Source of the DNA: a virus
IMG/VR virus record: IMGVR_UViG_3300006921_004083
Coordinates: 32,001-96,000 of that record
DNA length: 64,000 nt
Reading direction: 5' to 3' (one strand)
The notes under the pieces were generated by a model. The model was not told where the DNA came from. It was given only the letters and a program-made list of their open reading frames with translations, and ran no database searches. The position numbers were made by a program, and so were the translations under genes. Of the stretch, positions 30,944 to 41,235 are shown one piece after another (within the stretch, counting starts at the first letter, position 1; each line of letters opens with the position of its first letter).

Positions 30944-31388
30944 ATACACCGATAAATTTGAGTTTATCTTAAGAATTAATGATAACATTATTTGCCAAAG
31001 GTACTTTAATATCAGAGGATATAACAATAGAGCGAAAGAGTCTATGGATCTTAGATGGGATTTAGGGGACATTGTAACAACAATACAAAGTTATTTACAA
31101 CAGAAAACAGAAGATTTTCTTTGGTTAAACTATAACCCTTACTCACTAAAAAACTCCGTAGTAAAAGAAGTTGATAAACAAGAAGAGGACTACTTCACCT
31201 TTGAAATTAGAGTCGACGGTAAGGTTATAATTATCGAAAGATTCACAGGAATGGACTTCCCACCGAAGGTAAGGTACTCAGTAAACATAAAATCCTTGAT
31301 ACCATCTATAATATCAAAGATACAACGAGGATTAAGTCAAAGAAAGTACACAAAAGTAGTAGACCATTACGAATGTAGTACTAGGTAA
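30924..31388 (+). CDS. Hypothetical protein
   Basis: 154-aa ORF overlapping the exonuclease end; FEFILRINDNIICQRYF...PPKVRYSVNI. Confidence 0.7.
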   Translation: MERTKNKYTDKFEFILRINDNIICQRYFNIRGYNNRAKESMDLRWDLGDIVTTIQSYLQQKTEDFLWLNYNPYSLKNSVVKEVDKQEEDYFTFEIRVDGKVIIIERFTGMDFPPKVRYSVNIKSLIPSIISKIQRGLSQRKYTKVVDHYECSTR

Positions 31389-31431
31389 TTAAGGAGAAAT
31401 AGTATATTTATAATAAAAGAAAATTTATAGA

Positions 31432-32805
31432 ATGACAGATAGAAATTTTGGGTACTTAGGAGATAAATTCCAATTAAAGTTACTTTCACTTTTAATAGTG
31501 GACAACAAGTTTGCAGACAACATAGTAGAGTCGATAGAACCAACATATTTTGATGACCAATATTGTAGATTATTGATGCAATTAATTAAAGAATATTATA
31601 CAAAATATGAAACGGTTCCTACACATGATTCTTTAGACCAACTTATTAGAATTGAGGTGTCAAACGAAACGGCAAAAGAATACTTAAAAGATACCTTAAA
31701 AAAATTAAAGGATCAAGATTTTGCAGATGCGGATTTCACCCAACAAACAGCCTTAAAATTTTGTAAACAACAAGAAATAAAAAAAGCCATTTCTAGTTCA
31801 GAAAAAATAATGTCTAACGGTAATTTCGAAGACTATGATAAGATAGAAGATTTGTTTAGAAAGGCACTAAGTGTTGGTAATGATAAGGAAGATGGTATTG
31901 ATGTGTTTACCGCTCTAGAAGATGTATTGGCAGATGACTTTAGACACCCAGTGGCGACAGGAATAACAGGAATCGATAACATTACTAATGGAGGACTATC
32001 TAAGGGAGAATTAGGTGTTGTATTGGCCCCATTCGGTGTTGGTAAATCTACAGTATTAACTAAATTTGCTAATACTGCATATAATTTAGGACATAACGTA
32101 GTACAAATAATCTTTGAAGATAATCCCAAGGTAATACAGAGAAAACATATTGCATGTTGGACCGGGATAGAATTAAACGAATTGTCCGAAAGAAAAGAAG
32201 AGGTTAAAGAAAAATTAAAAGAATTTAAGAAAGATAGAGGTAGTTTGATAATTAAAAAAATGGCCTCCGATGGAACCACAGTGGGTAAAATAAAACATTA
32301 TATTAGAAAATTAATTACTAGAGGTATGAGACCAGACATTATTTTATTAGATTATATTGACTGTGTGGTACCAAGTAGAGCATTTAACGATGAATACGCT
32401 GGGGAAGGTAATGTAATGAGAGAATTTGAAACATTAGTACACGAGTTTGATATGGTTGGATGGACCGCAGTACAAGGTAATAGAAGTTCAATAGGGGCTG
32501 ATGTAGTAGAAGCCCACCAAATAGGGGGGTCAATTAAGAAAGGTCAAATAGGACATTTTATAATGTCCATTGCAAAGACACTAGAACAAAAAGAAAGTGG
32601 AAGAGCAACCATAGCAGTCCTCAAATCAAGATTTGGTAAAGACGGTGTAATATTTGAAGACTGTGTTTTTGATAATGGAAGAGTCCATATCGATACAGAT
32701 GACCAAGTATCATTCTTAGGATTTGAAGATGTTAAAAAAGAGAAGAAAGCAAACAGAGTTTTGGATGCCATTAAAAAGAGGCAAGAAAAGTTAAATAATA
32801 ATTAA
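31432..32805 (+). CDS. dnaB: Replicative DNA helicase (DnaB / T4 gp41-like)
   Basis: TGITGIDNITNGGL..GEL, Walker A APFGVGKS, LLDYID, WTAVQGNR, KSRFG. Confidence 0.9.
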   Translation: MTDRNFGYLGDKFQLKLLSLLIVDNKFADNIVESIEPTYFDDQYCRLLMQLIKEYYTKYETVPTHDSLDQLIRIEVSNETAKEYLKDTLKKLKDQDFADADFTQQTALKFCKQQEIKKAISSSEKIMSNGNFEDYDKIEDLFRKALSVGNDKEDGIDVFTALEDVLADDFRHPVATGITGIDNITNGGLSKGELGVVLAPFGVGKSTVLTKFANTAYNLGHNVVQIIFEDNPKVIQRKHIACWTGIELNELSERKEEVKEKLKEFKKDRGSLIIKKMASDGTTVGKIKHYIRKLITRGMRPDIILLDYIDCVVPSRAFNDEYAGEGNVMREFETLVHEFDMVGWTAVQGNRSSIGADVVEAHQIGGSIKKGQIGHFIMSIAKTLEQKESGRATIAVLKSRFGKDGVIFEDCVFDNGRVHIDTDDQVSFLGFEDVKKEKKANRVLDAIKKRQEKLNNN

Positions 32806-32822
32806 TAAAAATTTAGTAAAAA

Positions 32823-34736
32823 ATGGACGTATCAAATAGTATTTTGTCGGATATTACTGTGTATATGAAATATGCAAAATATATCCCAGAATTAAACAGA
32901 AGAGAAACATGGGACGAGTTAGTTACCAGAAATAAAAAGATGCATATTAAACACTATCCTCATTTGAAGGAAGAGATTGAAGATAAATACAAATTTGTTT
33001 ATGACAAGAAAGTATTACCATCGATGAGAAGCATGCAGTTTGGAGGAAAACCAATTGAAATTTCCCCAAATAGAATTTATAATTGTGCTTATATGCCGAT
33101 CGATAATATAGATTCTTTTAGTGAGTGTATGTTTTTATTATTAGGTGGAACAGGAGTGGGGTATTCAGTACAGAGACACCATGTTGCAAAATTACCAATT
33201 ATACAAAAACCTTATCCTAAAAAGAAAAGAAGATTTTTAATTGGTGATAGTATAGAAGGATGGGCAGATTCAATTAAAGTTCTTATGAAATCATATATGA
33301 ATGGTGGTGGTAGTAGAGTAGAGTTTGACTTTTCAGATATTAGACCAAAAGGGGCTAGATTAATAACATCAGGTGGTAAAGCACCAGGACCTCAACCACT
33401 TAAAGAATGTTTAGTGAAAATAGAAGGTTTATTAAATCAAAAAGAAAATGGAGAAGAACTTACAACAATTGAAGTACATGATATTGTATGTCATATCGCA
33501 GACGCGGTACTTGCCGGAGGTATTCGTAGAGCAGCTCTTATTAGTTTATTTAGTGCTGATGACGACGCAATGATAGGATGTAAAGCTGGTAATTGGTGGG
33601 AAACAAACCCACAAAGAGGTAGAGCTAATAACTCAGCAGTACTTATGAGACATAAAATAACTAAAGAGTTTTTTATGGACTTATGGAAAAGAGTTGAATT
33701 ATCAGGAGCTGGCGAACCAGGTATATATCTTAACAATGATAAGGATTGGGGGACTAACCCATGTTGCGAAATAGCTTTAAGACCATACCAGTTCTGTAAT
33801 CTTTGTGAGGTTAATGTCTCAAACATCGAATCCCAAGAAGATTTGAATGAGAGAGTAAAAGTTGCATCTTTTATTGGGACCTTACAAGCTGGATATACTT
33901 CTTTCCATTATTTAAGAGATGTTTGGAGAGAAACTACAGAAAAAGACGCACTGATAGGGGTTTCAATGACAGGTATTGGGTCAGGGAAAGTTCTTAAATA
34001 TGATATGTCTAAAGCCGCTAGTCTAGTAAAAAGAGAAAACACTAGAGTATCAAAACTATTAGGAATTAATCAAGCAGCAAGAACAACAACAGTTAAACCT
34101 GCAGGGACAACATCATTAACATTAGGCACATCATCAGGTATTCATGCGTGGCACAATGATTATTATATAAGAAGAATTAGAGTTGGTAAAAACGAAGCTA
34201 TTTATACGTATCTAACCATTAATCATCCAGAATTAGTTGAAGATGAATACTTCAGACCACACGACACCGCAGTGATAAGTATACCACAAAAATCACCTGA
34301 AGGGTCAATCCTAAGAACGGAATCGCCATTTCAATTACTAGAAAGAGTTAAAAAAGTTGCTAGTGAATGGGTAAATGCAGGACACAGAAAGGGTTCAAAT
34401 AGTCATAATGTATCAGCCACTATTTCATTAAGAGAACATGAGTGGGATCCAGCAGGAGAGTGGATGTGGGAAAATAGAAAGTTTTACAATGGTTTATCGG
34501 TACTACCATACAATGGAGGGACATATAAACAAGCACCATTTGAAGACATTACAAAAGAAAAGTATGAAGAAATGTTAAAATCCCTAACCAATGTTGATTT
34601 ATCCAATGTGATTGAGTTAGATGATAATACAGATTTATCTGGAGAGTTAGCTTGTTCAGGAGGACAATGTGAAATTGATGTTGATATGGAGTCTATTAAG
34701 GAGAAAAAGGATGAAGTGGAGTTAAATGACGCATAA
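32823..34736 (+). CDS. nrdJ: Class II (adenosylcobalamin-dependent) ribonucleotide reductase
   Basis: RRETW, LPSMRSMQFGG, IYNC, GTGVGYS, GGIRRAA, GEPG, TNPCCEI, TTVKPAGT, C-terminal ACSGGQCE; no beta-subunit gene adjacent. Confidence 0.9.
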   Translation: MDVSNSILSDITVYMKYAKYIPELNRRETWDELVTRNKKMHIKHYPHLKEEIEDKYKFVYDKKVLPSMRSMQFGGKPIEISPNRIYNCAYMPIDNIDSFSECMFLLLGGTGVGYSVQRHHVAKLPIIQKPYPKKKRRFLIGDSIEGWADSIKVLMKSYMNGGGSRVEFDFSDIRPKGARLITSGGKAPGPQPLKECLVKIEGLLNQKENGEELTTIEVHDIVCHIADAVLAGGIRRAALISLFSADDDAMIGCKAGNWWETNPQRGRANNSAVLMRHKITKEFFMDLWKRVELSGAGEPGIYLNNDKDWGTNPCCEIALRPYQFCNLCEVNVSNIESQEDLNERVKVASFIGTLQAGYTSFHYLRDVWRETTEKDALIGVSMTGIGSGKVLKYDMSKAASLVKRENTRVSKLLGINQAARTTTVKPAGTTSLTLGTSSGIHAWHNDYYIRRIRVGKNEAIYTYLTINHPELVEDEYFRPHDTAVISIPQKSPEGSILRTESPFQLLERVKKVASEWVNAGHRKGSNSHNVSATISLREHEWDPAGEWMWENRKFYNGLSVLPYNGGTYKQAPFEDITKEKYEEMLKSLTNVDLSNVIELDDNTDLSGELACSGGQCEIDVDMESIKEKKDEVELNDA

Positions 34737-34902
34737 ATTTAGTAAAGAGATATTATACCACTTTAACTGTGGTAAATGTAGTAAATGGTGGTCAATTTCT
34801 GACTACCATTTATTTTCTAATGACAAATTAAAAAATAAAATAACTTGTCCTTATTGTGGACATAAAGAAGAAGTAAAAGAAGTGAAAAATGAAAAGAAGT
34901 GA
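34726..34902 (+). CDS. Small zinc-ribbon protein (58 aa), not in the ORF track
   Basis: Manual translation MTHKFSKEILYHFNCGKCSKWWSISDYHLFSNDKLKNKITCPYCGHKEEVKEVKNEKK*; two CxxC pairs; overlaps both neighbours. Confidence 0.75.
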   Translation: MTHKFSKEILYHFNCGKCSKWWSISDYHLFSNDKLKNKITCPYCGHKEEVKEVKNEKK

Positions 34903-35107
34903 CGATTGGATTAGTGAACTACATTATAAAGAATTTGTCAAACCTAAATTTGGGCACAAAGATTTTTATTGGGAAGGTGGAAAAATGGTAATGACAGAAG
35001 AGTACCATAAAAAAAGAGGGAGTTGTTGTGGTAGTGGATGTAAACATTGTCCATTCACCCCCCAACATATAAAAATGAACAAAAACTTAAGAAAAGATAA
35101 TAGTTGA
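34889..35107 (+). CDS. DUF5522-like Cys/His protein
   Basis: MVMTEEYHKKRGSCCGSGCKHCPF. Confidence 0.8.
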   Translation: MKRSDDWISELHYKEFVKPKFGHKDFYWEGGKMVMTEEYHKKRGSCCGSGCKHCPFTPQHIKMNKNLRKDNS

Positions 35108-35155
35108 TAAAAGGACTACAAATTAAAACGATCAATATTTATATTAAAGAAATAT

Positions 35156-35536
35156 ATGGCAACTAAAAATATAAATATTAATTTTCCTTTTCAGACTTCT
35201 CCTTTGGGTGATTTTTTAAGGCTTAACGCCACAACTAAAAACGCAATAAAGGCGGACATAACTCATTTACTTTTAACTAGAAAAGGAGATAGGTTATATA
35301 ACCCAGAATTTGGTTCTGGACTTTATGATTATTTATTTGAACAAATAGATGAGACAACTATTGGAGATGTGAAAAATGAGTTGGAAGTTAATATTGGAAA
35401 ATATATACCTAATGTGACAATTAATGAGATAAAAATTACACCTAATCCTGATGAAAATCATATAAAGGTTAATTTAGATTATTCTGTTAATAGTGCTTCA
35501 TTTCAGGAAAATGACAATATTGAAATTATTTTATAA
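35156..35536 (+). CDS. Baseplate wedge / sheath initiator (T4 gp25-like)
   Basis: INFPF...IKADITHLLLTRKGDRLYNPEFGSGLYDYLFEQ; TATTTATA at 35136. Confidence 0.9.
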   Translation: MATKNININFPFQTSPLGDFLRLNATTKNAIKADITHLLLTRKGDRLYNPEFGSGLYDYLFEQIDETTIGDVKNELEVNIGKYIPNVTINEIKITPNPDENHIKVNLDYSVNSASFQENDNIEIIL

Positions 35537-35538
35537 AA

Positions 35539-37347
35539 ATGGCAAAACGTATTAATTATAACGCACGTAACTTTTTAGAGGTAAGATCTGAACTAATAAA
35601 TTTTGTTAAACAATATTATCCAGAATTATTTAGTGATTTTAACGATGCGTCGGTTGGACAAATGTTATTGGAATTAAATGCTGCGGTTGCGGACATGCTT
35701 TCCTTTAATACAGATAGAGCTTTTCAAGAAACACAAATTGATTACGCTCAAGAAAAATCTTCTTTATTAGGTATAGGAAGAACTTTAGGTTTGAATATTC
35801 CAGGAGTAAGACCAAGTATCTGTCTTGTTGACTTTAGAGTTACAGTCCCTCCAAAAGGAGATACTTTTGACAATTCTTATTGTCCTATATTAAAATATGG
35901 ATCACAAGTACAGGGAGGTGGACAAACTTTTGAAGTAAATGACGATATCGACTTTTCTTCACCTCTTTCAGTAGGAGGTATACCTAATAGAAAAGTTAGA
36001 CCCAATGTTGATACAAACGGTGTCATCGTCTCATACTATATTACCAAACGAGAATTAGTTGTTAATGGTACGACTAAAATATTAAAACGAAATATAAGAC
36101 CTGAAGACCTTAAACCATTTTTACAAATAGTTTTACCAGACACTAATGTTATTGGTGTTGAGCAAATTAAAATGGTTGATGGTATAGACGCCGCTCAACC
36201 AACACTAAGTGAGTTTATTTCTTTTGAAAACAGATTTTATGAGGTTGAATCCTTAGCAGAAAACCAAATATTTTTAGATGATTATAGTAGGAATACGGAT
36301 AATTCATCTATTACTCCGGGAAAATGGGTAAATACAGATAAGAAATTTATTAAGGAATACACAGATAAAGGTTTTTGTAAAGTTACTTTTGGAAGTGGTA
36401 CATCCGACGCTTCACCTATAAACAATTACCTAGATAATGGATTTACTCAACAAGTACAAACTCTTGTTAATAATAAAAGCTTAGGGGAGTTGCCTAAAGC
36501 AAATTCAACAATTTACATGAGATATAGGGTAGGAGGTGGACAACAGTCAAACATAGGACCCAACGTCCTTAATACGACAGGTATTGTAGAACTCACCAAC
36601 CTTGGGAGTAATGCTAACACAGTAGAGTTGGTCAATAGTACTTTAGTTGCGAATAATCCTGTTGCTGCCATTGGTGGTGCTGACACACCAACCATAGAAG
36701 AACTAAGATATCTTATAAAATATAATTTTGCTACTCAAAATAGAGCAGTCACGGTGAGAGATTATCTTTCACTTTTAAGTAAAATGGGGAGTAAATTTGG
36801 AGTTCCATTTAGAGTTGGAGTCTCTGAGTCACAAAATAAAATAGACATAGCAACACTAGGATTAAGTCCTTCCAAAAAATTATCTAATGAAGCAACGCTA
36901 ACCTTACAAGAAAATATTTCTAGATATTTGGCGAATTATCGTATGATTAACGATTATGTGACTATAAGTGGAGGAAGAATACTTAATATAGGTTTTGAGA
37001 TATATGCTTATTTAGATGATAATTTTAATAGATCTTTAGTGTCTGGTGAAATGATAAATGCGGTAAGAAATTACATGAACATAAACAACCAAGAGATGGG
37101 GCAAAATATCTACCTTGCCGACCTTTCTAGAACCATAAACTCAATAGACGGAGTATTGAACGTAACAGAAATGAAAGTTTTTAATCGAGTAGGGGGAGAG
37201 TATTCTATAGATGAAGTACCACAACCTTATATAGTACAAGAAACACGAGAAATTAATACACAAAATAATTTAACATTGTTTGGTGACTTTAACACAATGT
37301 TTGAAATTAAGTACCCAGAAAACGATATTAAAGTTATTGCTAAGTAA
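35539..37347 (+). CDS. Baseplate wedge protein (T4 gp6 / baseplate J-like)
   Basis: YNARNF...YYPELFSDFNDASVG, FGSG, YRVGGG..SN, GGAD...QNRAVTVRDY. Confidence 0.9.
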   Translation: MAKRINYNARNFLEVRSELINFVKQYYPELFSDFNDASVGQMLLELNAAVADMLSFNTDRAFQETQIDYAQEKSSLLGIGRTLGLNIPGVRPSICLVDFRVTVPPKGDTFDNSYCPILKYGSQVQGGGQTFEVNDDIDFSSPLSVGGIPNRKVRPNVDTNGVIVSYYITKRELVVNGTTKILKRNIRPEDLKPFLQIVLPDTNVIGVEQIKMVDGIDAAQPTLSEFISFENRFYEVESLAENQIFLDDYSRNTDNSSITPGKWVNTDKKFIKEYTDKGFCKVTFGSGTSDASPINNYLDNGFTQQVQTLVNNKSLGELPKANSTIYMRYRVGGGQQSNIGPNVLNTTGIVELTNLGSNANTVELVNSTLVANNPVAAIGGADTPTIEELRYLIKYNFATQNRAVTVRDYLSLLSKMGSKFGVPFRVGVSESQNKIDIATLGLSPSKKLSNEATLTLQENISRYLANYRMINDYVTISGGRILNIGFEIYAYLDDNFNRSLVSGEMINAVRNYMNINNQEMGQNIYLADLSRTINSIDGVLNVTEMKVFNRVGGEYSIDEVPQPYIVQETREINTQNNLTLFGDFNTMFEIKYPENDIKVIAK

Positions 37348-37402
37348 AGCGCATTTACTTTTGAAAAAATATCATTAAAAATATTTATTAATAAATGATT
37401 TA

Positions 37403-40400
37403 ATGAAAGAGTCCAAAGTAATAAGAATTCTACCTAAAGAAGGTAATCAAACTATCAATGTTGATCTAGAACAAGATTTTGATTACCTAGAGATTCTTAG
37501 TCTTAAAATTTTACAAAAAGAAGCTTATAGAATATTTTGTTCCGATAAAGGAGTGTTGGTCGGTAAAGTTACTTCTAACGGGAATTTTCCAATACAAAAT
37601 GCTAAAATTTCTGTTTTTATTCCACTAGACGCTAAGGACGCTAGGAATGAGACCATAAGACAGTTATACCCTTTTAATACCCCAAATGATACCCTTTCCA
37701 GTGGTAAGAGATATAACTTATTACCACGTGATAAACAATTAGCAACACCGGCGGATCACGTACCAGTTGGAACTTTTCCATCTAAGTACGATATTATGAC
37801 GAATCCCGACCTAAAATATATCCATGAAAAATATTATAAATACACCACAACAACTAATGAAAATGGGGATTATATGTTTTTTGGTTTACCTAGTGGAACA
37901 CATATTGTTCACGTAGATGTTGATTTAAGTGATATCGGTACAAATTCGGTAACACCATCAGACCTAATTAATTTAGGGTATTCCCCTTACCTGTTTGACT
38001 CAGAATCACAGTTCAAATACTCAGATGATTTGAATCAACTTGCACAAATTGTGGGATTAAATAGTACCGCATATGTTAATCCTTTTTGGGGAGACATTGA
38101 CCAATGTGAATTTGGTTTAACTAGATTAGATTTTGCAATTGCTAGATTCGTCAACCCTAAGGCTTATTTTATTGGTAGTTTTTATACCGATGGGACTATA
38201 GGGACAGATAACGCTTTTGTTCCTAGTGCGTGTTGGCAAGAATACGCGTCATATAACTCTTCTATGAAAGGATTTAAGAATGGGGTATCACGAATAGTTA
38301 GAGCTGATAATCTAAGAACACCAAGACAAGTTAAAGCGGACGGTGAGTCTTTTGGACATGTTGGTATAATAGAGGCTATTAGGTTAGATGAAGATGGAGT
38401 ACCAGAATATGTAGGTAAATGGAAAACTGACATGGATGGAAACTTTGTTATACCTTTACCCTTAAACTTAGGAAAAAAAGTATGGGACGAAGATTTACAA
38501 GGTTGGAGAGATGATGACGAAAATGGGGTTGCCACATATGCTGATTATAGATTTAAGTTTTATTTTGAAGGACAGGGGGACTTTAATGATTATGGATTCC
38601 CAGAAATACAATTCCAAAGTATAACAAATAGAGGAATATTTTTCGCACCCAATCGTATGGACGATAGCCAAAATAGAATAGCATATGATTCGGCTTCAGA
38701 TACCTATACGACCGCATCCGAAGAGAATAAATATAGTTTCCACGCCACACCTGCCTATGGTTCTACTTCTGAATATACCTATAATATGTTAGACCAATTT
38801 GGAGTTAGGGTTAAAGAACACACTAATTACGCTAGAATTAGAATGAGTGGTTTTTATACGATGGGACAATCTTTTAATTATTATGCGGATTATGATAATG
38901 CTATTAATGATATCGGTGCCGGAACGCAACAAACTACTGGTCAATTTGGGACACTAGATTGGTTTTTCCAACAAAATCAGGACGGTATTCCCGATCGAAG
39001 TGATAGATATGATAATTATTACAACAATACTTCACCAGATTGGATGAATAATAGTATAGGGACCAATCCTTGGATCATTAGTAGAAGTTATGTTTATACG
39101 GATTTATACTCTACCGGAGACGTTACCAGTAGAAACATGTTTCCAATTAATTACTTATTCGCTGACTATTATATGAAAGCACCTTCTCGTCAAAAAGACT
39201 TAATAGATGTTAATATAAATGATTATGGTGGTTTCGTATCCAATTACTTCATTAATAGAAGAGTTGAGGCGAGTTATCGAGGACTCGGATACAATTCACT
39301 AGGTGGGGGAACAATTGAATTAGTAAATGGAGCAGGAGACCCCGGTATGGGTAACTCAACTAATATTGCTACGTGTGATAATCTACCTTCTGCAGGGTGG
39401 AGACAAGGTGAGTTAATAACAAACTATATTGATACGGTAGCCAACCCCGATTTCTATAGTGACGGTACAATGGATAATTGTGTTGGGTGTTTAACTTTTG
39501 GGTCTTATAATGATTCAGGACTTTATCTGATGCATAACTCATCAAACGGTTCTTGGTATAATGAAGATGCAATTCCTTATTATGGGGATGCTACATATAC
39601 ATTAATAAACCCCGCCAATACTATAGGTACTACCGCTGCGGACACTATTACGGGAAATATAATGATGGGGGGGTTTGTTGCCCCTTATGCCGCGGCTTAT
39701 GATTTGGGTGCACAATTAGTTACCACATGTACAAATGGGGAAAATGATTGGATTGTGGCCGGACTTTCCTATTGTGACGCAACGGTTTACGATTGTAATA
39801 ATAACAACAATTGGTCTTTTTCAGGACACACAGCATATTTTGGTGACACTAATACGGATGGAACCTGTATTGCTGGAGGTACTAATGCAGGTATAGCTGT
39901 TGTTGATTTTGATAATACTGCTGGGGCGGTTAATCCTGGTGGAAATGTCACAATAAAAGGATATGAGAACGGGATAGTTCTTTGGCAAAATATACAACTT
40001 AAAGAGGGAATGGGAGTTAGAGTAACAGTTAGACCAACCAATTCTGATGAGGGTAGTACTCCATTTAATAATGATCGTGCAGATTCTAGAGTGGGAGTTT
40101 GTTATTATTGTACACAAGGATATGGTGGTGGCGGTTGTAGTGATACAGAATTTTCAGCCTTTTGGGTTCAAGAAGTTAATACTATAAGAAATTATGACAA
40201 TAGAACTATAAGTGAACCTTTAATTGGTTCATTATATTTTCCACAATATTATGTGGGTGAAGAAGCTTCAGAATGTTGTAGTCGTAGTAATTACATTACC
40301 GAACAATCATGGGACGAGTATCAAAATTTATCAGTATGGAATAGAACATCAAGTTGGATAAACCATTCATTACTTTATGCTGGAACTTATGGAGATCCAC

Positions 40401-41233
40401 TATCACTTACTTATAGGTATTATGTAGATGACTTTCCTGGAGATCCTCTAGCAGGTCAGGTAATAACGAATGCTAAATATTATAATGTAAACACAATTGG
40501 GGAGATACAAATAAAAGAAATAACTAAAGATATCCCTAACTTTCAACTAGGGATAAACCAATGGTCAAGTATAGATAGACATCTACCTTCTTCCTCTGCA
40601 CATCCTAGTGCTGAAATGGACGAAGGGTTTACAACTAGAGAAACTAATCATGAAGACTTTGACACAAATGGAAATGGAACTGGTGTTTCTTTTATACAAC
40701 ATAAATATTTTGCACCATACGATAATCTTTTATTTAGAACAGGGCAACAATGGCCTAGAGATTTAGATGAAGACGGAACTGAATTATTGGCGTTAGAGAC
40801 AACCATACCAGGATGGTATGATTGGACATCTTCAGCTTGGTATGGTAATTTATTGTACCCTGTCCAACCTCTATACAACCCTAATGGGTATAAAACATAT
40901 TCTAATTATCATGTGTTTAGATACGCTCCAACAGATATGGACACAAGTGCGTCCTGGAAACCTTGGTTAAGAAGAGTACCAAAAGAATGGTATGATACTA
41001 ATACTTTCTGGTGGTCATCATTACAAGTAGTACAGACTACCGCTTGGACTGGGTTCCAAACCTCACCTTGGTCAGTAGGTAATAATTTTAATAATGATAA
41101 AGGGGCGGATAATACAGCGGTTAGAGCTTATCCATATAGAGGGTATTACTTTTTTAGTTTATATCATAATTTAAGTCCAGCAGAGAAAATAAAAAGAATA
41201 CTGGGTTATAAAACAGGTTTAATTTCAGAATAA
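37403..41233 (+). CDS. Large virion structural protein with N-terminal carboxypeptidase-regulatory/prealbumin-like domain
   Basis: GKV...PIQNAKISVF...TTNENGDYMFFGLPSG; Asn/Gly/Tyr/Cys-rich C-terminal part; TATTTAT at 37382. Confidence 0.55.
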   Translation: MKESKVIRILPKEGNQTINVDLEQDFDYLEILSLKILQKEAYRIFCSDKGVLVGKVTSNGNFPIQNAKISVFIPLDAKDARNETIRQLYPFNTPNDTLSSGKRYNLLPRDKQLATPADHVPVGTFPSKYDIMTNPDLKYIHEKYYKYTTTTNENGDYMFFGLPSGTHIVHVDVDLSDIGTNSVTPSDLINLGYSPYLFDSESQFKYSDDLNQLAQIVGLNSTAYVNPFWGDIDQCEFGLTRLDFAIARFVNPKAYFIGSFYTDGTIGTDNAFVPSACWQEYASYNSSMKGFKNGVSRIVRADNLRTPRQVKADGESFGHVGIIEAIRLDEDGVPEYVGKWKTDMDGNFVIPLPLNLGKKVWDEDLQGWRDDDENGVATYADYRFKFYFEGQGDFNDYGFPEIQFQSITNRGIFFAPNRMDDSQNRIAYDSASDTYTTASEENKYSFHATPAYGSTSEYTYNMLDQFGVRVKEHTNYARIRMSGFYTMGQSFNYYADYDNAINDIGAGTQQTTGQFGTLDWFFQQNQDGIPDRSDRYDNYYNNTSPDWMNNSIGTNPWIISRSYVYTDLYSTGDVTSRNMFPINYLFADYYMKAPSRQKDLIDVNINDYGGFVSNYFINRRVEASYRGLGYNSLGGGTIELVNGAGDPGMGNSTNIATCDNLPSAGWRQGELITNYIDTVANPDFYSDGTMDNCVGCLTFGSYNDSGLYLMHNSSNGSWYNEDAIPYYGDATYTLINPANTIGTTAADTITGNIMMGGFVAPYAAAYDLGAQLVTTCTNGENDWIVAGLSYCDATVYDCNNNNNWSFSGHTAYFGDTNTDGTCIAGGTNAGIAVVDFDNTAGAVNPGGNVTIKGYENGIVLWQNIQLKEGMGVRVTVRPTNSDEGSTPFNNDRADSRVGVCYYCTQGYGGGGCSDTEFSAFWVQEVNTIRNYDNRTISEPLIGSLYFPQYYVGEEASECCSRSNYITEQSWDEYQNLSVWNRTSSWINHSLLYAGTYGDPLSLTYRYYVDDFPGDPLAGQVITNAKYYNVNTIGEIQIKEITKDIPNFQLGINQWSSIDRHLPSSSAHPSAEMDEGFTTRETNHEDFDTNGNGTGVSFIQHKYFAPYDNLLFRTGQQWPRDLDEDGTELLALETTIPGWYDWTSSAWYGNLLYPVQPLYNPNGYKTYSNYHVFRYAPTDMDTSASWKPWLRRVPKEWYDTNTFWWSSLQVVQTTAWTGFQTSPWSVGNNFNNDKGADNTAVRAYPYRGYYFFSLYHNLSPAEKIKRILGYKTGLISE

Positions 41234-41235
41234 TT

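Noticed and set aside
28895-34736. Inteins or group I introns in RecA, helicase or RNR
   Set aside because: Protein lengths are normal, ORFs are uninterrupted, and no splice or homing-endonuclease motifs were seen
1024-37347. Interpretation as a bacterial eCIS, tailocin or T6SS locus because of the two sheath genes
   Set aside because: Interleaved phage replication genes (gp32-like SSB, UvsX, helicase, RNR), phage-style promoters and the absence of host genes indicate a phage genome
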